64,000 nt of DNA from an uncultured Nitrospiraceae bacterium (GCA_963846575.1 CAWJWJ010000002.1:2048001-2112000); one strand, 5' to 3'. Shown: positions 42,857 to 52,823, counted from the first letter of the stretch. The notes: a model not told the origin generated them from the sequence alone. Made by a program: numbers and translations.

Positions 42857-43140
42857 TTCTTCCCCCTTGCCTTCTTGGCGATAGACGCCCCCGTCTTACC
42901 AAGTCGGGGGCTGGTCGGCTGCGCGCGCCGCCGGCTGACGCCGCCGGTCGTGCGCAGGCCGCCCGCCAAGCCGAGTTCGGTGAGTCCGTTGAGCCGCATC
43001 GCTTCGCGGACCTTTTCGAGATCAAAAAAGTACATTTTGCAAAACCGCTCATAGGGAATACGGCCGGTGCGATAGGCGCGTCGTATGGTCGAGGGATGCA
43101 CCGCAAACGTGTCGGCTAATTCCTTCGTCGTGAGTAACAT
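42853..43140 (-). CDS. Xis/MerR-like HTH DNA-binding protein
   Basis: LLTTKELADTFAVHPSTIRR...GRIP...FDLEKV; AAGGAG RBS; ATGA overlap with rep. Confidence 0.8.
   Translation of the reverse strand: MLLTTKELADTFAVHPSTIRRAYRTGRIPYERFCKMYFFDLEKVREAMRLNGLTELGLAGGLRTTGGVSRRRAQPTSPRLGKTGASIAKKARGKK
42887..42911. other. Candidate double-strand origin hairpin for Rep_trans
   Basis: GCCCCCG-N11-CGGGGGC about 30 bp upstream of rep. Confidence 0.5.
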
Positions 43141-44023
43141 GCGTTGAATCGCTCCTTGTTCAACATGGTGAGGACACTACGTGAGTTGAAGCTCGTGGGG
43201 AACTATGCGTATGCATGCGTATGTGCGCTTATATGCGCTTTGGTGTGCTCTGGTGAGCACCGATCATCCTGAAGTGTTACATCCCGCCCAGATTCAGGAC
43301 GCATTTAGCGGGATGTCATGCAGAAAAGACCAATAGGCGTGGGTAATAGAAACGATCAGTTTGGGATATGGAAGAGCGGATATCTTCACGAATGGACTGG
43401 AATCAGTCGCAATGAACCATCAATGGACCGCAATGGAGGGTACGTCTCTGGTGAAAGAACCGAAGGGAAATAATGGCTCAGGAGAATTAACGACAGAGGC
43501 TAGGGCAAGTTGGCTCTAGCCGAGGCTGCTGAAGGCACACGTTGATGGCATCGCCTCATGTTTTGGAAGGGCGAGACATGTGCGTCGAGTGTGCTTCTTT
43601 TCCCTAGGAGAGCGACCTGGGGGCGGATGGCCGATCATATGCAGACATTGCAAGCGGGTAAACCGGGTGCGGATCTCTGACTGCAACCGGCTACCTGGAT
43701 GAGCCAGGCCTTCGCACTGTCGGAACTGCTATGCAAGCTATGCGTCAACATGCGCGATATCAGTGCTGAGAGAGGTGTGAACGGCAGGCCAGCATCACGC
43801 GCCCTGTGGCGGTGGGGAGGGTCTTGTCGGCGATTGGTCATGGCTGGGGAGCCTAAGACGTCAGCGTTCCGAGTATCCGGTTTCTTCGCGAAACGTGCAT
43901 CACACCGATCACGATCTCAGGGATTTTCCTAGTTGATCAAGAACGATCGTCGAAGCAGCATAAAATTACTAGCTAAAGGCGTCTGCTGTTTAATGGCAAT
44001 CATAATAGACATGGAATGGAGTG

Positions 44024-45487
44024 ATGATGTTTTTTCAACGAATTAAGACTCCTGGAATTGCCCACAACGCCTATCTGATAGGCACTGAGGGTGTTGGCAT
44101 CCTCGTGGATCCTCGGCGAGACATAGACGAGTATGTGACCATCGCACGCAAAAACAAACTGGCGATAAAGTATGTATTTGAAACGCATCGTCAGGAAGAT
44201 TTTGTGCTTGGGTCTGCCACCATTCGCCAACTGTGTGGCGCAAAGATTGTGTCGGGCAAGCATAAACTTTTTGCCCATAGCGACCTGCGCCTCGCGGACG
44301 GAGCGCAGCTCGAGATTGGAGAGCTCCTTTTCCGCTGTCTCTACACTCCCGGACACACGCCCGAGAGCGTATCATACGCGGTGTATTTCCAGGACAAACC
44401 TGAAATCGCCTGGGCTGTTTTTACGGGGGATGCCTTGTTTATCGGTGAGGCGGGCCGAACGGATCTTCCCGATGTCAACAAGACTGCCGAGAACGCGGCA
44501 ATTTTGTACGACAGCATCCAGCAGAAGATTCTGCCGCTGGGTGATCAAACCCTTCTCTACCCGGCCCACGGGGCAGGGTCAGTTTGCGGGGGAAACATTG
44601 CTAACTACGATCAATCGACCCTCGGCTTGGAACGCCGTTATAACCCCGCCTTCACACAGTCCCGGGAAGAATTTGTCCAACTCAAGCTGAAGGAGCGTAT
44701 TCCCCGTCCGCCCTACTTTCGTTTAATGGAACGACTCAACCTGAAGGGGGGCCTCGCGTTGAGCAAGGATCCCGACACCATTCCGAGTCTGTTGCCGAAG
44801 GATTTTGCGCAGGAATCTGCAAAAGGCATCGTGATCGACACCCGGCTGCCCGAGGCATTCGGCGGCGGCCATATCCCAGGCTCCTATAGCATCTGGCTGG
44901 ACGGACTGCCAGTGTTTGGCGGGTGGATTGCCGACGACAAAGTTCCGGTCTACCTGGTGCTTGAGCAGCCAACTGATGTGAAAGAGGCAGCTCTGCATCT
45001 CCAACGCATCGGGGTCGACAATATCCGTGGCGTCCTCGCCGGTGGATTTGAAAGGTGGCGTGACGCAGGGCTTGAGATCTCCATGTCTGGCACTCTCAGC
45101 GTCAACTCTAATGCCTTGCAAGACGAGAGGACGTCGATCCTCGACGTGCGCGAAATCACCGAGTTCGAGGAGGGGCACATACGTGGCTCGCGACACGCCT
45201 ATGTCGGCTTTCTTCCCGAACTGGGGGCCATCGAGCGTCAACTCGATCGGAACCAGGCTGTCGCGGTCACTTGTAGCGTCGGGCATCGCGCAAGTCTCGC
45301 CGTCAGCATGCTTTTGCGTATGGGCTTTACCAGGGTGTTCAACATGCTTGGCGGGATGACCGCCTGGAAAAAGCTTGGAAAGCCGGTCGTAACTGGGTCC
45401 GATACAACGCATACGCTGGATCGGAAGATCCTCCAGAAAGGCACCAGCAACGAAGCGGCGGCAACGGCCCTGCGGGCAAGCATATGA
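44024..45487 (+). CDS. MBL-fold persulfide dioxygenase-rhodanese fusion (CstB-like)
   Basis: ETH, PGHT, TGDA, PAHGAGSVCG; Cys-less rhodanese-like domain, then a rhodanese domain with CSVGHR. Confidence 0.85.
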   Translation: MMFFQRIKTPGIAHNAYLIGTEGVGILVDPRRDIDEYVTIARKNKLAIKYVFETHRQEDFVLGSATIRQLCGAKIVSGKHKLFAHSDLRLADGAQLEIGELLFRCLYTPGHTPESVSYAVYFQDKPEIAWAVFTGDALFIGEAGRTDLPDVNKTAENAAILYDSIQQKILPLGDQTLLYPAHGAGSVCGGNIANYDQSTLGLERRYNPAFTQSREEFVQLKLKERIPRPPYFRLMERLNLKGGLALSKDPDTIPSLLPKDFAQESAKGIVIDTRLPEAFGGGHIPGSYSIWLDGLPVFGGWIADDKVPVYLVLEQPTDVKEAALHLQRIGVDNIRGVLAGGFERWRDAGLEISMSGTLSVNSNALQDERTSILDVREITEFEEGHIRGSRHAYVGFLPELGAIERQLDRNQAVAVTCSVGHRASLAVSMLLRMGFTRVFNMLGGMTAWKKLGKPVVTGSDTTHTLDRKILQKGTSNEAAATALRASI

Positions 45488-46083
45488 AATCAGTTGTCAC
45501 ATTAACCACGCTCCTGTTCATCCTGTTCCAGGCCGCACACCTTTTCGCACAGGCTGCGTCGCCAGACACCTCTTCTTGGTATGGCATTGGAGGTACCTGG
45601 TCGCCGTACCTGGCGGGAGCGCTCATCGGAGTGTTGAGCTGGCTGACTTTTTACTTCTCAAAGCAGCCGATCGGTGCGTCGTCCTTCTATGCGACGATGG
45701 CGGGATTGATCGGCAAGGCAATCGCGCCCAGACATACCAGGACGCTCACGTATTATCAGGAACATTCCCCGAAGATTAACTGGGAATTCGCGTTTGTCAT
45801 CGCAATCATCTTCGGATCGGCCCTAGCGGCGGCTCTCGGGGGATAATTTTCGCTGCGCGGCCTCCCTCGGCTGTGGACGGATCACTATGGGGCAGACAGC
45901 GGCTTCCGCTACGCCGCGTTGAGTTTCTCGGGAGGGTCGCTGATGGCCTTCGGCGCACGTCTCGCCGGGGGTTGCACAAGCGGACACGGCATCAGCGGCA
46001 CCTTGCAGTTGAATGTCTCGTCGTGGATCGCCGTGATCTGTTTCTTCATCGGCGGGGTTATCGCCGTGCAATTTATCTATTGA
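45484..46083 (+). pseudogene. YeeE/YedE sulfur transporter with in-frame TAA at 45844
   Basis: WSPYLAG...; the frame continues past TAA to GARLAGGCTSGHGISG and stops at 46083. Confidence 0.8.
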
Positions 46084-46130
46084 AGAAAGCCGGCAACCAG
46101 TGGACACAAGTGGCTATCCCAACTGAGCCT

Positions 46131-46658
46131 ATGAAGAAACTATTCCAGGCTATCATTTTTGGTTCACTGTTCGGCTTTCTTCTGCAGAAGGGAGGCGTCG
46201 CGAGCTACCACGTCCTTGAAGGTCAACTGCTCTTCAAGGATTTCACGGTTATCAAGGTCATGCTGTCGGCCATTCTCGTAGGCATGATCGGGATCTATTA
46301 CCTACACAGGACCGGGCGGACCGAGCTGCAACTCAAGCCGACAAAAATCGGCGCCAACATCCTTGGTGGCCTGATCTTCGGCGTCGGCTTCGCGCTCGCG
46401 GGGTACTGCCCGGGCACGGGAGCGGCAGCCCTAGGTCAGGGCGAGTTGCCCGCCCTGATTGCGATGCTCGGTCTTGTTGCCGGCTCGTACGGGTATGCAG
46501 AGCTGTCGCAAGCGCTGAAGCGGACTGTCGAGACCTGGGGAGATCTCGGTCGATTGACGCTTCCCGTTGTTGTCGGCATGAATACCGGTGCCTTCGTGGC
46601 TCTGTTCGCGCTGTTATTGGGCGGCGTCCTGCTCGTGTTGCAGACCATTCAACCGTAA
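46131..46658 (+). CDS. YeeE/YedE family sulfur transporter subunit
   Basis: FGFLLQKG, GGLIFGVG, GYCPGT. Confidence 0.88.
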   Translation: MKKLFQAIIFGSLFGFLLQKGGVASYHVLEGQLLFKDFTVIKVMLSAILVGMIGIYYLHRTGRTELQLKPTKIGANILGGLIFGVGFALAGYCPGTGAAALGQGELPALIAMLGLVAGSYGYAELSQALKRTVETWGDLGRLTLPVVVGMNTGAFVALFALLLGGVLLVLQTIQP

Positions 46659-46714
46659 CCGGTTGACCGAATTTTCAACGTGTATGGTGCTGTAGCCGAA
46701 CCGAGGAGTGAGAC

Positions 46715-47263
46715 ATGAGAAACGTCTTATCGATGAAAAGGTGGTCGCCCTATGTGGTGGGGGTGGGAATCGGGATATTGAGCTGCTTCGCCTTCGCCTC
46801 GGCCGACCACCCGATTGGCATCACAACCGCCTTCGAGTATACCAGTGCACTCGTGGAGACCTCCGCCTCGCCGGAGGTGACGGCACCCTATCTCGCGGAC
46901 CTGGCGGAGAAGAACCGGCGCCCAAAAATTGACTGGGAATGGATGCTGGTTGTCGGGGTATTTCTCGGGGCGTACGTAAGCTCGAAGATGTCAGGCGATC
47001 GCGTCCAGGGCGAGAATATACCGCCGCTGTGGCGATGGCGCTTCGGCGACTCAACGGCTCGGCGTTACTTCGGTGCCTTCGCCGGCGGCTTCCTCATGAT
47101 GCTTGGTGCTCGCGTCGCCCAGGGCTGCACCAGTGGACATGCCATAAGTGGGACCTTGCAGCTTGCGCTGTCAAGCTGGATCTTTGCCCCGACCATCTTC
47201 ATCGTCGGGATTGCGACGGCCTTCCTCATCTACGGTAAGGAGGGTCGCGCCCATGTTCGATGA
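46715..47263 (+). CDS. YeeE/YedE family sulfur transporter subunit
   Basis: WSPYVVG, GARVAQGCTSGH. Confidence 0.88.
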   Translation: MRNVLSMKRWSPYVVGVGIGILSCFAFASADHPIGITTAFEYTSALVETSASPEVTAPYLADLAEKNRRPKIDWEWMLVVGVFLGAYVSSKMSGDRVQGENIPPLWRWRFGDSTARRYFGAFAGGFLMMLGARVAQGCTSGHAISGTLQLALSSWIFAPTIFIVGIATAFLIYGKEGRAHVR

Positions 47264-47813
47264 ACCTCATAAACTGGTGCTTGGACTGGTGACCGGGATT
47301 CTATTCGGCATCCTGTTGCAAAAGGGGCAAGTTGCAAAATTTCAGAAAATCGTCGGCCAATTGCTGCTCAAGGATTGGACGGTCCTCAAGATTATGGCGA
47401 CGGCGATTGCAGTAGGGACCCTTGGTGTGCACCTGTTGATCGCTGAAGGAGGGGCCTCGTTACACATACAGACCGCCGCGTTAGCGAGAGTGCTCATCGG
47501 CGGCGTGCTCTTTGGCGTTGGGCTGACCGTATTCGGCCTCTGTCCGGGCACGAGCGTCGCCGCATGCGGCGAAGGAAAGCGGGATGCCCTTGTAGGTGTG
47601 ATCGGAATGCTGTTCGGCGCTGGCGCTTATGTCGCCGCATTTTCCGCGTTGGAGCCCTTGATGGAATCCATGGCCGACTTTGGAAAAGTCACGCTCCCTC
47701 AAATCACGGGTACGACCCCCTGGATCTGGGCGATTGGGGTCGCAGTGATTATGACAATTATATTGATTGTCCTAGAACGCATCCATCCGAAGGAGCTGGA
47801 CGCAAAATCGTAA
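47253..47813 (+). CDS. YeeE/YedE family sulfur transporter subunit
   Basis: FGILLQKG, GGVLFGVG, GLCPGT. Confidence 0.88.
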   Translation: MFDEPHKLVLGLVTGILFGILLQKGQVAKFQKIVGQLLLKDWTVLKIMATAIAVGTLGVHLLIAEGGASLHIQTAALARVLIGGVLFGVGLTVFGLCPGTSVAACGEGKRDALVGVIGMLFGAGAYVAAFSALEPLMESMADFGKVTLPQITGTTPWIWAIGVAVIMTIILIVLERIHPKELDAKS

Positions 47814-48050
47814 CAAATCACTATAGTCAACACGCGCATGTCATTGATCTTCATGCCAACAAGTCCCCCATCCCCGGCGATAGGATACGACATTTATGTG
47901 CAGGCTCCTCACCTGCTGCTGGATGTCGCAGTGGGTGGGCCGTGCCATCGTTTGAACCCTTCCGAACCCTAATGGGTGGAGTGTAAACGGCCGGATTCGT
48001 GTCACGGTCGGATGAACCAGCGAGGCGCTACCAAGGAAAGGGCAAACATC

Positions 48051-48530
48051 ATGGCAACTCTCAGAGAAAGATCGGCGACGGCGACCCGTGTCCCTCAGCA
48101 CACAGAAGAAGCAATCAATGAGCGCATCTACCGCCAAACGGCATGCAACATCGAGCACTACGGCAAACAGGGAACAGATGCGATCACGAATCGGCTGGCC
48201 GAACTAGAGCGTGAGTGGGACATTGAGCGGACGCTTGAAGCTAATGCGGCTAGCCTGGCCCTGATCGGCCTTGGACTCGGAGCGCTAGTTCATCGGCGTT
48301 GGTACCTGCTCCCGAGTGTGGTGGCGTTCTTTTTGCTGCAGCATGCCGTGCAAGGCTGGTGTCCACCCCTCCCGCTGTTTCGAAGGATGGGTATCCGGAC
48401 AGAGACCGAGATCGGCTATGAACGGTATGCGCTGAAAACTCTTCGAGGCGATTTTCGTGAGTTACCACAAGAGGCGGTAGAGAGTGAGCGAGTGCAAGCG
48501 GAGAGCATTCTACGCATGTTCAGTCGTTGA
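48051..48530 (+). CDS. DUF2892/YgaP-like membrane protein
   Basis: EWDIER, QHAVQGWCPP.P.FRR. Confidence 0.8.
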   Translation: MATLRERSATATRVPQHTEEAINERIYRQTACNIEHYGKQGTDAITNRLAELEREWDIERTLEANAASLALIGLGLGALVHRRWYLLPSVVAFFLLQHAVQGWCPPLPLFRRMGIRTETEIGYERYALKTLRGDFRELPQEAVESERVQAESILRMFSR

Positions 48531-48555
48531 ACCGCATCAACTCAAGAGGTAATGA

Positions 48556-50148
48556 ATGCGGGCCTTCAAGCGGGTCTTGGCCAGCGCTGCCGTGAGCGCT
48601 CTCCTTCTGATGGTAGTACTATTGCCGCCCTTCATGACGGAAGCTGGAGACAAGAAAATGAATGGCACCTCGACATTCACAATCCTACATACGAATGATC
48701 TGCATGGTCACCTCACCGCGTGGCGAGGGTGGGAAGGCCCATTGGCCGGCAAGACACTCGGTGGCGCGGACCGCATCGCCACGGTGATCAAGCAAGTCCG
48801 GCAGTCGGTCGGAGCGGAACATCTGCTAGTGTTGGATGCCGGCGATACCTTCGGCGATACCATGCTGGCGGCCGAGACACAAGGCCACGCGGTCGTCGAA
48901 GTAATGAATGCTTTGGGGTATGACGCCATGGCGCTGGGCAATCATGATCCCGATTTCAGTATGGAGGTGCTCCACGACCGGATTCGGCAGGCCCGCTTTG
49001 CCGTATTGGCGGCCAACATGCTTGACGCCGAGACCGGACAGCAGTCGATCCAACCTTCGCTCATCCGCGAGGTGGCTGGCGTGCGCATTGGAATTCTAGG
49101 GCTTGCGTACCCGCAGACGGCCTTGACGACGGCGGAGAAGAATCTGCGAGGCGTCACGTTCCAATCCGCAGTGGACACGGCTCGTCGATGGGTACCGCGG
49201 CTCCGCAGCCAGGGGGCGCAAGTCATCGTGGCGCTCTCGCACGGCGGTCTTGGCGCTGATGTCTCACTGGCGCGAGAAGTTGAGGACATCGATGTCATCA
49301 TCGGCGGCCACAGCCACAACCGAATAGAAGAGCCGATCCGGGAGGGCCACACCCTGATCGTGCAGGCCGGTGCCCATGGATCAGATGTAGGACGGTTAGA
49401 TGTATCGATCTCCGATGGGCGAATTGCAAGTGCTCATCACCGGCTTGTCATGCTGGATCACGATATTGTTTCATCCGATCCTGCGGTCGCCACTCTCTTG
49501 CATACGCTTCGAGAGCCTTACCGAGACAGGCTGGAGGAACCGCTGGGTATCGCGACCGAGACCATCCCCCGAGCACAAACCCTGGCCGGTCCGCGCCCGC
49601 GTATCCGAGATGCGGAATCCCCTGTGGACTCGCTCTTTGCCGATATTCTACGAGAGAAGTTGCACGTTCAGGTCGTGTTCCTTCCGGGGGTCGGGTACGG
49701 AGTGGCACTCGGCCCTGGCATGGTCACGGCAGAGGCGCTACGCAATATGCTCCCGCATGACTCGCAGATGGTCACGATGATGCTGACGGGCGTGCAGCTT
49801 CGCGAAATTCTGGAGCAGGCGGTGGACAATGTTGTGACCGATGATTCGGAGAAGAAGGTCGGGGGGATGATTCAGGTGAGTGGGATGACGTTTGCCTACA
49901 ATCCCGCCAAGCCCTACTCTGACCGTGTGCAGCGCGCTTATGTGCAAGGGCAGACCCTACGTTCCGACCAAGTCTACCGCGTTGCGACCAATTCCCTCCT
50001 AGCAGGAGGCGGCCATCGGTACCGGACTTTTCTGGAAGGACAAGATCGCCAAAAACGAGGCATGCAGTATGAGATCCTCAGGGAATGGTTCTCACGGGAG
50101 AGCTCGATACAGGCGCCCCCGCCTGGTCGCATCCAGGTCATCCCTTAA
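48556..50148 (+). CDS. Exported 5'-nucleotidase-family metallohydrolase (SoxB-like features)
   Basis: HTNDLH, DAGD, GNHD, SH, GGHSH; 5'-NT C-terminal domain. Confidence 0.85.
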   Translation: MRAFKRVLASAAVSALLLMVVLLPPFMTEAGDKKMNGTSTFTILHTNDLHGHLTAWRGWEGPLAGKTLGGADRIATVIKQVRQSVGAEHLLVLDAGDTFGDTMLAAETQGHAVVEVMNALGYDAMALGNHDPDFSMEVLHDRIRQARFAVLAANMLDAETGQQSIQPSLIREVAGVRIGILGLAYPQTALTTAEKNLRGVTFQSAVDTARRWVPRLRSQGAQVIVALSHGGLGADVSLAREVEDIDVIIGGHSHNRIEEPIREGHTLIVQAGAHGSDVGRLDVSISDGRIASAHHRLVMLDHDIVSSDPAVATLLHTLREPYRDRLEEPLGIATETIPRAQTLAGPRPRIRDAESPVDSLFADILREKLHVQVVFLPGVGYGVALGPGMVTAEALRNMLPHDSQMVTMMLTGVQLREILEQAVDNVVTDDSEKKVGGMIQVSGMTFAYNPAKPYSDRVQRAYVQGQTLRSDQVYRVATNSLLAGGGHRYRTFLEGQDRQKRGMQYEILREWFSRESSIQAPPPGRIQVIP

Positions 50149-50634
50149 GATCCCTCGGCCTCGTACTGGATCGTTTTGGCAACAAGTGAATGTACGAGCA
50201 TGAAGAAGCGGCATTGGTCGGTGCTGTTCAGGCACAATGGCGGTCGGCTGCACAGAGTTGATGCATCCATAATGGACTTCATCACCGGGTAGGAACCTAT
50301 GATGACCAAGCCGCTGCCGAGGCGAAGCAGACCTTGTCGCATACGATGGCCTATCTGGAAGAAGCAGCCGAGCACGCAAAGCGATCTATCAAGGGGACGA
50401 ATGTCGAGGACGTGCAGGGACATGCCCGCTTGGCAGCGGGGATGCTGGTGGCGGCGTTGGGAACCTCCGAGTCAACTTCGCCGGTTACCGGCGGGTTGCG
50501 GTACGCCCGAGAGGTTCTAACAAGACAAGCCTGGGCACCAAGTAAAGAACATCATCACAGTACTCAGCAAAGCGCAGTGAACGGCCAGAGGTCATTGCGA
50601 GGCCCCAGGTCACATTGGTGAATGACATCAGCTA

Positions 50635-51249
50635 ATGGCCTTGAAACGAGTTGGGATTCAAAACATGAACACAGGAATCGTCGTTGGCAGTCTTGCTCTC
50701 TGCATGATCAACTTTGCGGCAATACCGCGTCCTTTAGGAGCCTCTATGCTGTCACACGAAACCGATACCGCTCGACCGACATTTATCACACCCCTCATTG
50801 ACGGTTTTGGCGCGATCGTCGCCCTGCCGCAAACGGCCGAGCAGCCGAGAGCGGGGTCAAAAGTCGTCTTTGATATTACGGGCGCCGGGGACGCGACGCA
50901 GAGTATTAAGGGCCTAGAGAGCATTGCCCTATTGCTGAACTTGGCGGCCGAAGCGGGACTGCGCCCCGAGGAGTTTAAGATCGTCGCCGTCCTCCACGGT
51001 CAGGCGACTAAAGCGGTATTACGCCCCGACTCCTATGCAAAGGCTACCCAGGGTTCTCGAAATCCAAACCTCGAACTGATCCGCCAACTGAAGAGCGCAG
51101 GCGTGGAACTCTATGTGTGCGGACAAGCGCTTGCGCACGGCCGCTATGGGCTGGAGGAAGTGCTTTCCGAAGTCACAGTCGCGACCTCTGCCGTTACTGT
51201 CAATGTGAGCAGACAGATGGACGGATATGCCTATCTGCCCTTTCACTAA
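50635..51249 (+). CDS. Exported DsrE-family protein
   Basis: KVVFDI, VLHG.A, NPN..LI..L...GVELYVCGQAL. Confidence 0.8.
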   Translation: MALKRVGIQNMNTGIVVGSLALCMINFAAIPRPLGASMLSHETDTARPTFITPLIDGFGAIVALPQTAEQPRAGSKVVFDITGAGDATQSIKGLESIALLLNLAAEAGLRPEEFKIVAVLHGQATKAVLRPDSYAKATQGSRNPNLELIRQLKSAGVELYVCGQALAHGRYGLEEVLSEVTVATSAVTVNVSRQMDGYAYLPFH

Positions 51250-51416
51250 TTTAACTAGTGCTTGTTGACGCGTAACCATCCGCGACCTGCCAGGCTAGCG
51301 TCTATCTCGAGCGCTGTAGTATTAGTCATCGGAGCGAGAGCCCGAATCCTTTTCTGATTACCATGCCCTAACCGAACGACAGGTCAAAAAACTTCTTAAT
51401 CCACCGGGAGGCAAGA

Positions 51417-51929
51417 ATGGGAACAAAACTAGCATTGGCAGGCATGGCATTTGGTGCAATCGGTCTACTCGCGACGAGTGGGCAGGCAGAGACGCCAACG
51501 AAATCGTCGCCTGCTGAGGGTTTCACCATCCATGTGATCGCACCACATAAATTCGAGGATGGAACCGTACATGGTCCCTATCACCATTATTGCAAGGGAA
51601 TTTCACCAGAGATACTACAGTGCTTACTCTTTGAGTCCACGGAACCCAATGCAAAACTAACCGATGTGGAGTACTTCGTCGCCAAAGACCTCGCGAGGAA
51701 AAGTGTTTCCTTGGAAACCTGGAACAAGTATTACCATGACCATGAGGTTGAAATTGCCACAGGCCGCGTTCAGGTCTTGGATGTTCCTGAGGATAAAGCC
51801 AAGGAAATCGCCGCTGCGGCTGCCAAAACAGATGGCATCATCTTCCATCTCTGGCCAGATGGAGCAAAGGCGCCGAATGGAACGGTAGGACACCCTCAAT
51901 CAACCGGACATAAAGAGCGCACCCAGTAA
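51417..51929 (+). CDS. Exported DUF1264/OBAP-family protein
   Basis: HHYCK...QCLLF, VEYF, YHDH..EI. Confidence 0.8.
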   Translation: MGTKLALAGMAFGAIGLLATSGQAETPTKSSPAEGFTIHVIAPHKFEDGTVHGPYHHYCKGISPEILQCLLFESTEPNAKLTDVEYFVAKDLARKSVSLETWNKYYHDHEVEIATGRVQVLDVPEDKAKEIAAAAAKTDGIIFHLWPDGAKAPNGTVGHPQSTGHKERTQ

Positions 51930-51943
51930 GCAGCCGTAATGAC

Positions 51944-51981
51944 AGAGCGGGGAGCGTAAGTTGGTAGGCGCTCCTCGCTTT
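51944..51981 (+). terminator. Putative terminator hairpin
   Basis: AGAGCGGGGAGCG...CGCTCCTCGCTTT just after the stop. Confidence 0.45.
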
Positions 51982-52079
51982 GTCCATCGATCAAGATTCT
52001 CACGTTTGAGCCCTCGTAAAGATTGTTCACCAGTCGTTTATGTTGTGCATGCTGAGAATGAATCTTTCACCATCACATC

Positions 52080-52823
52080 GTGAAGGTAGCTATAAACCTA
52101 GAACGGCATCTGGAAACCTTTGGTCGCAATCGACTGGGTCATAGACCAGTTCGTCAGTGGGCAGTCTTGTTGATCTTGGTTGGTCTGGGAGCCCTGACCA
52201 CAAGCGCACAGGCAGAATGGTCGGCTATCACCGAGGCAAAATCACTTTACACAACCGATGCATTCCAGTTTTCCAATGCGAGGACGATTGCGACTGAGTG
52301 AAGATCCAACCTAACCCGCTGGCGTGGACATCGGGAAGTCGGAGGATGTTATTTTTCAGCCGGCGCTTGAACTGGTTCGGTCGTCATCCTCCTTCTTGGG
52401 TCCCAATGAGGTGGCTTTTAAAGCAGAAGGTTCCATTTATACAAACAATCCGATTTTAACCATGGCGACTACCGTGGTCAATTCAAGCAGTCGCTGACGC
52501 CTCAGACATCGCTGTTAGTCCGATACCGCTATCTGCCGAACCTGTTTCTAGGGCCAAATTTTGAGCATCGCACTGGGGAACGCCTCCTTGAGCAGGAACG
52601 GGTGACATCCCATCATTGGCGGAACTTTACGGGCGACCTGATGGGGGACACCCATGAAGGTCGGCAAGATGAAACCAATCAAGGGATAGCCGAGCTCCTG
52701 TATCACCTGACAGAAGCAGCAGGCCTTACGTTAGGATTTCAGCACACCCAGCGGACCTCGACGAATGCCCTCAGGGGATTTAATGACACCATCGTAGCTG
52801 TGGGAGGCCAGTATAGATTTTAA
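52080..52823 (+). pseudogene. Fragmented outer-membrane beta-barrel protein
   Basis: Signal peptide (AQA-EW), several broken frames, C-terminal GGQYRF signature. Confidence 0.6.

Noticed and set aside
41921..43054. 377-aa plus-strand ORF, and similar long ORFs at 14338-15228 and 17109-18296
   Set aside because: Antisense or alternate-frame shadows of recognisable genes in GC-rich DNA; no motifs.
43201..43440. Possible CRISPR array
   Set aside because: Degenerate 10-bp units with no spacers and no cas genes.
45844..45846. Possible recoded stop (Sec/Pyl) in YeeE
   Set aside because: The codon is TAA and lies away from the conserved Cys motif.
50200..50621. Possible small His/Ala-rich helical protein
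   Set aside because: Looks fragmented, with no clear start or family; too weak to call.
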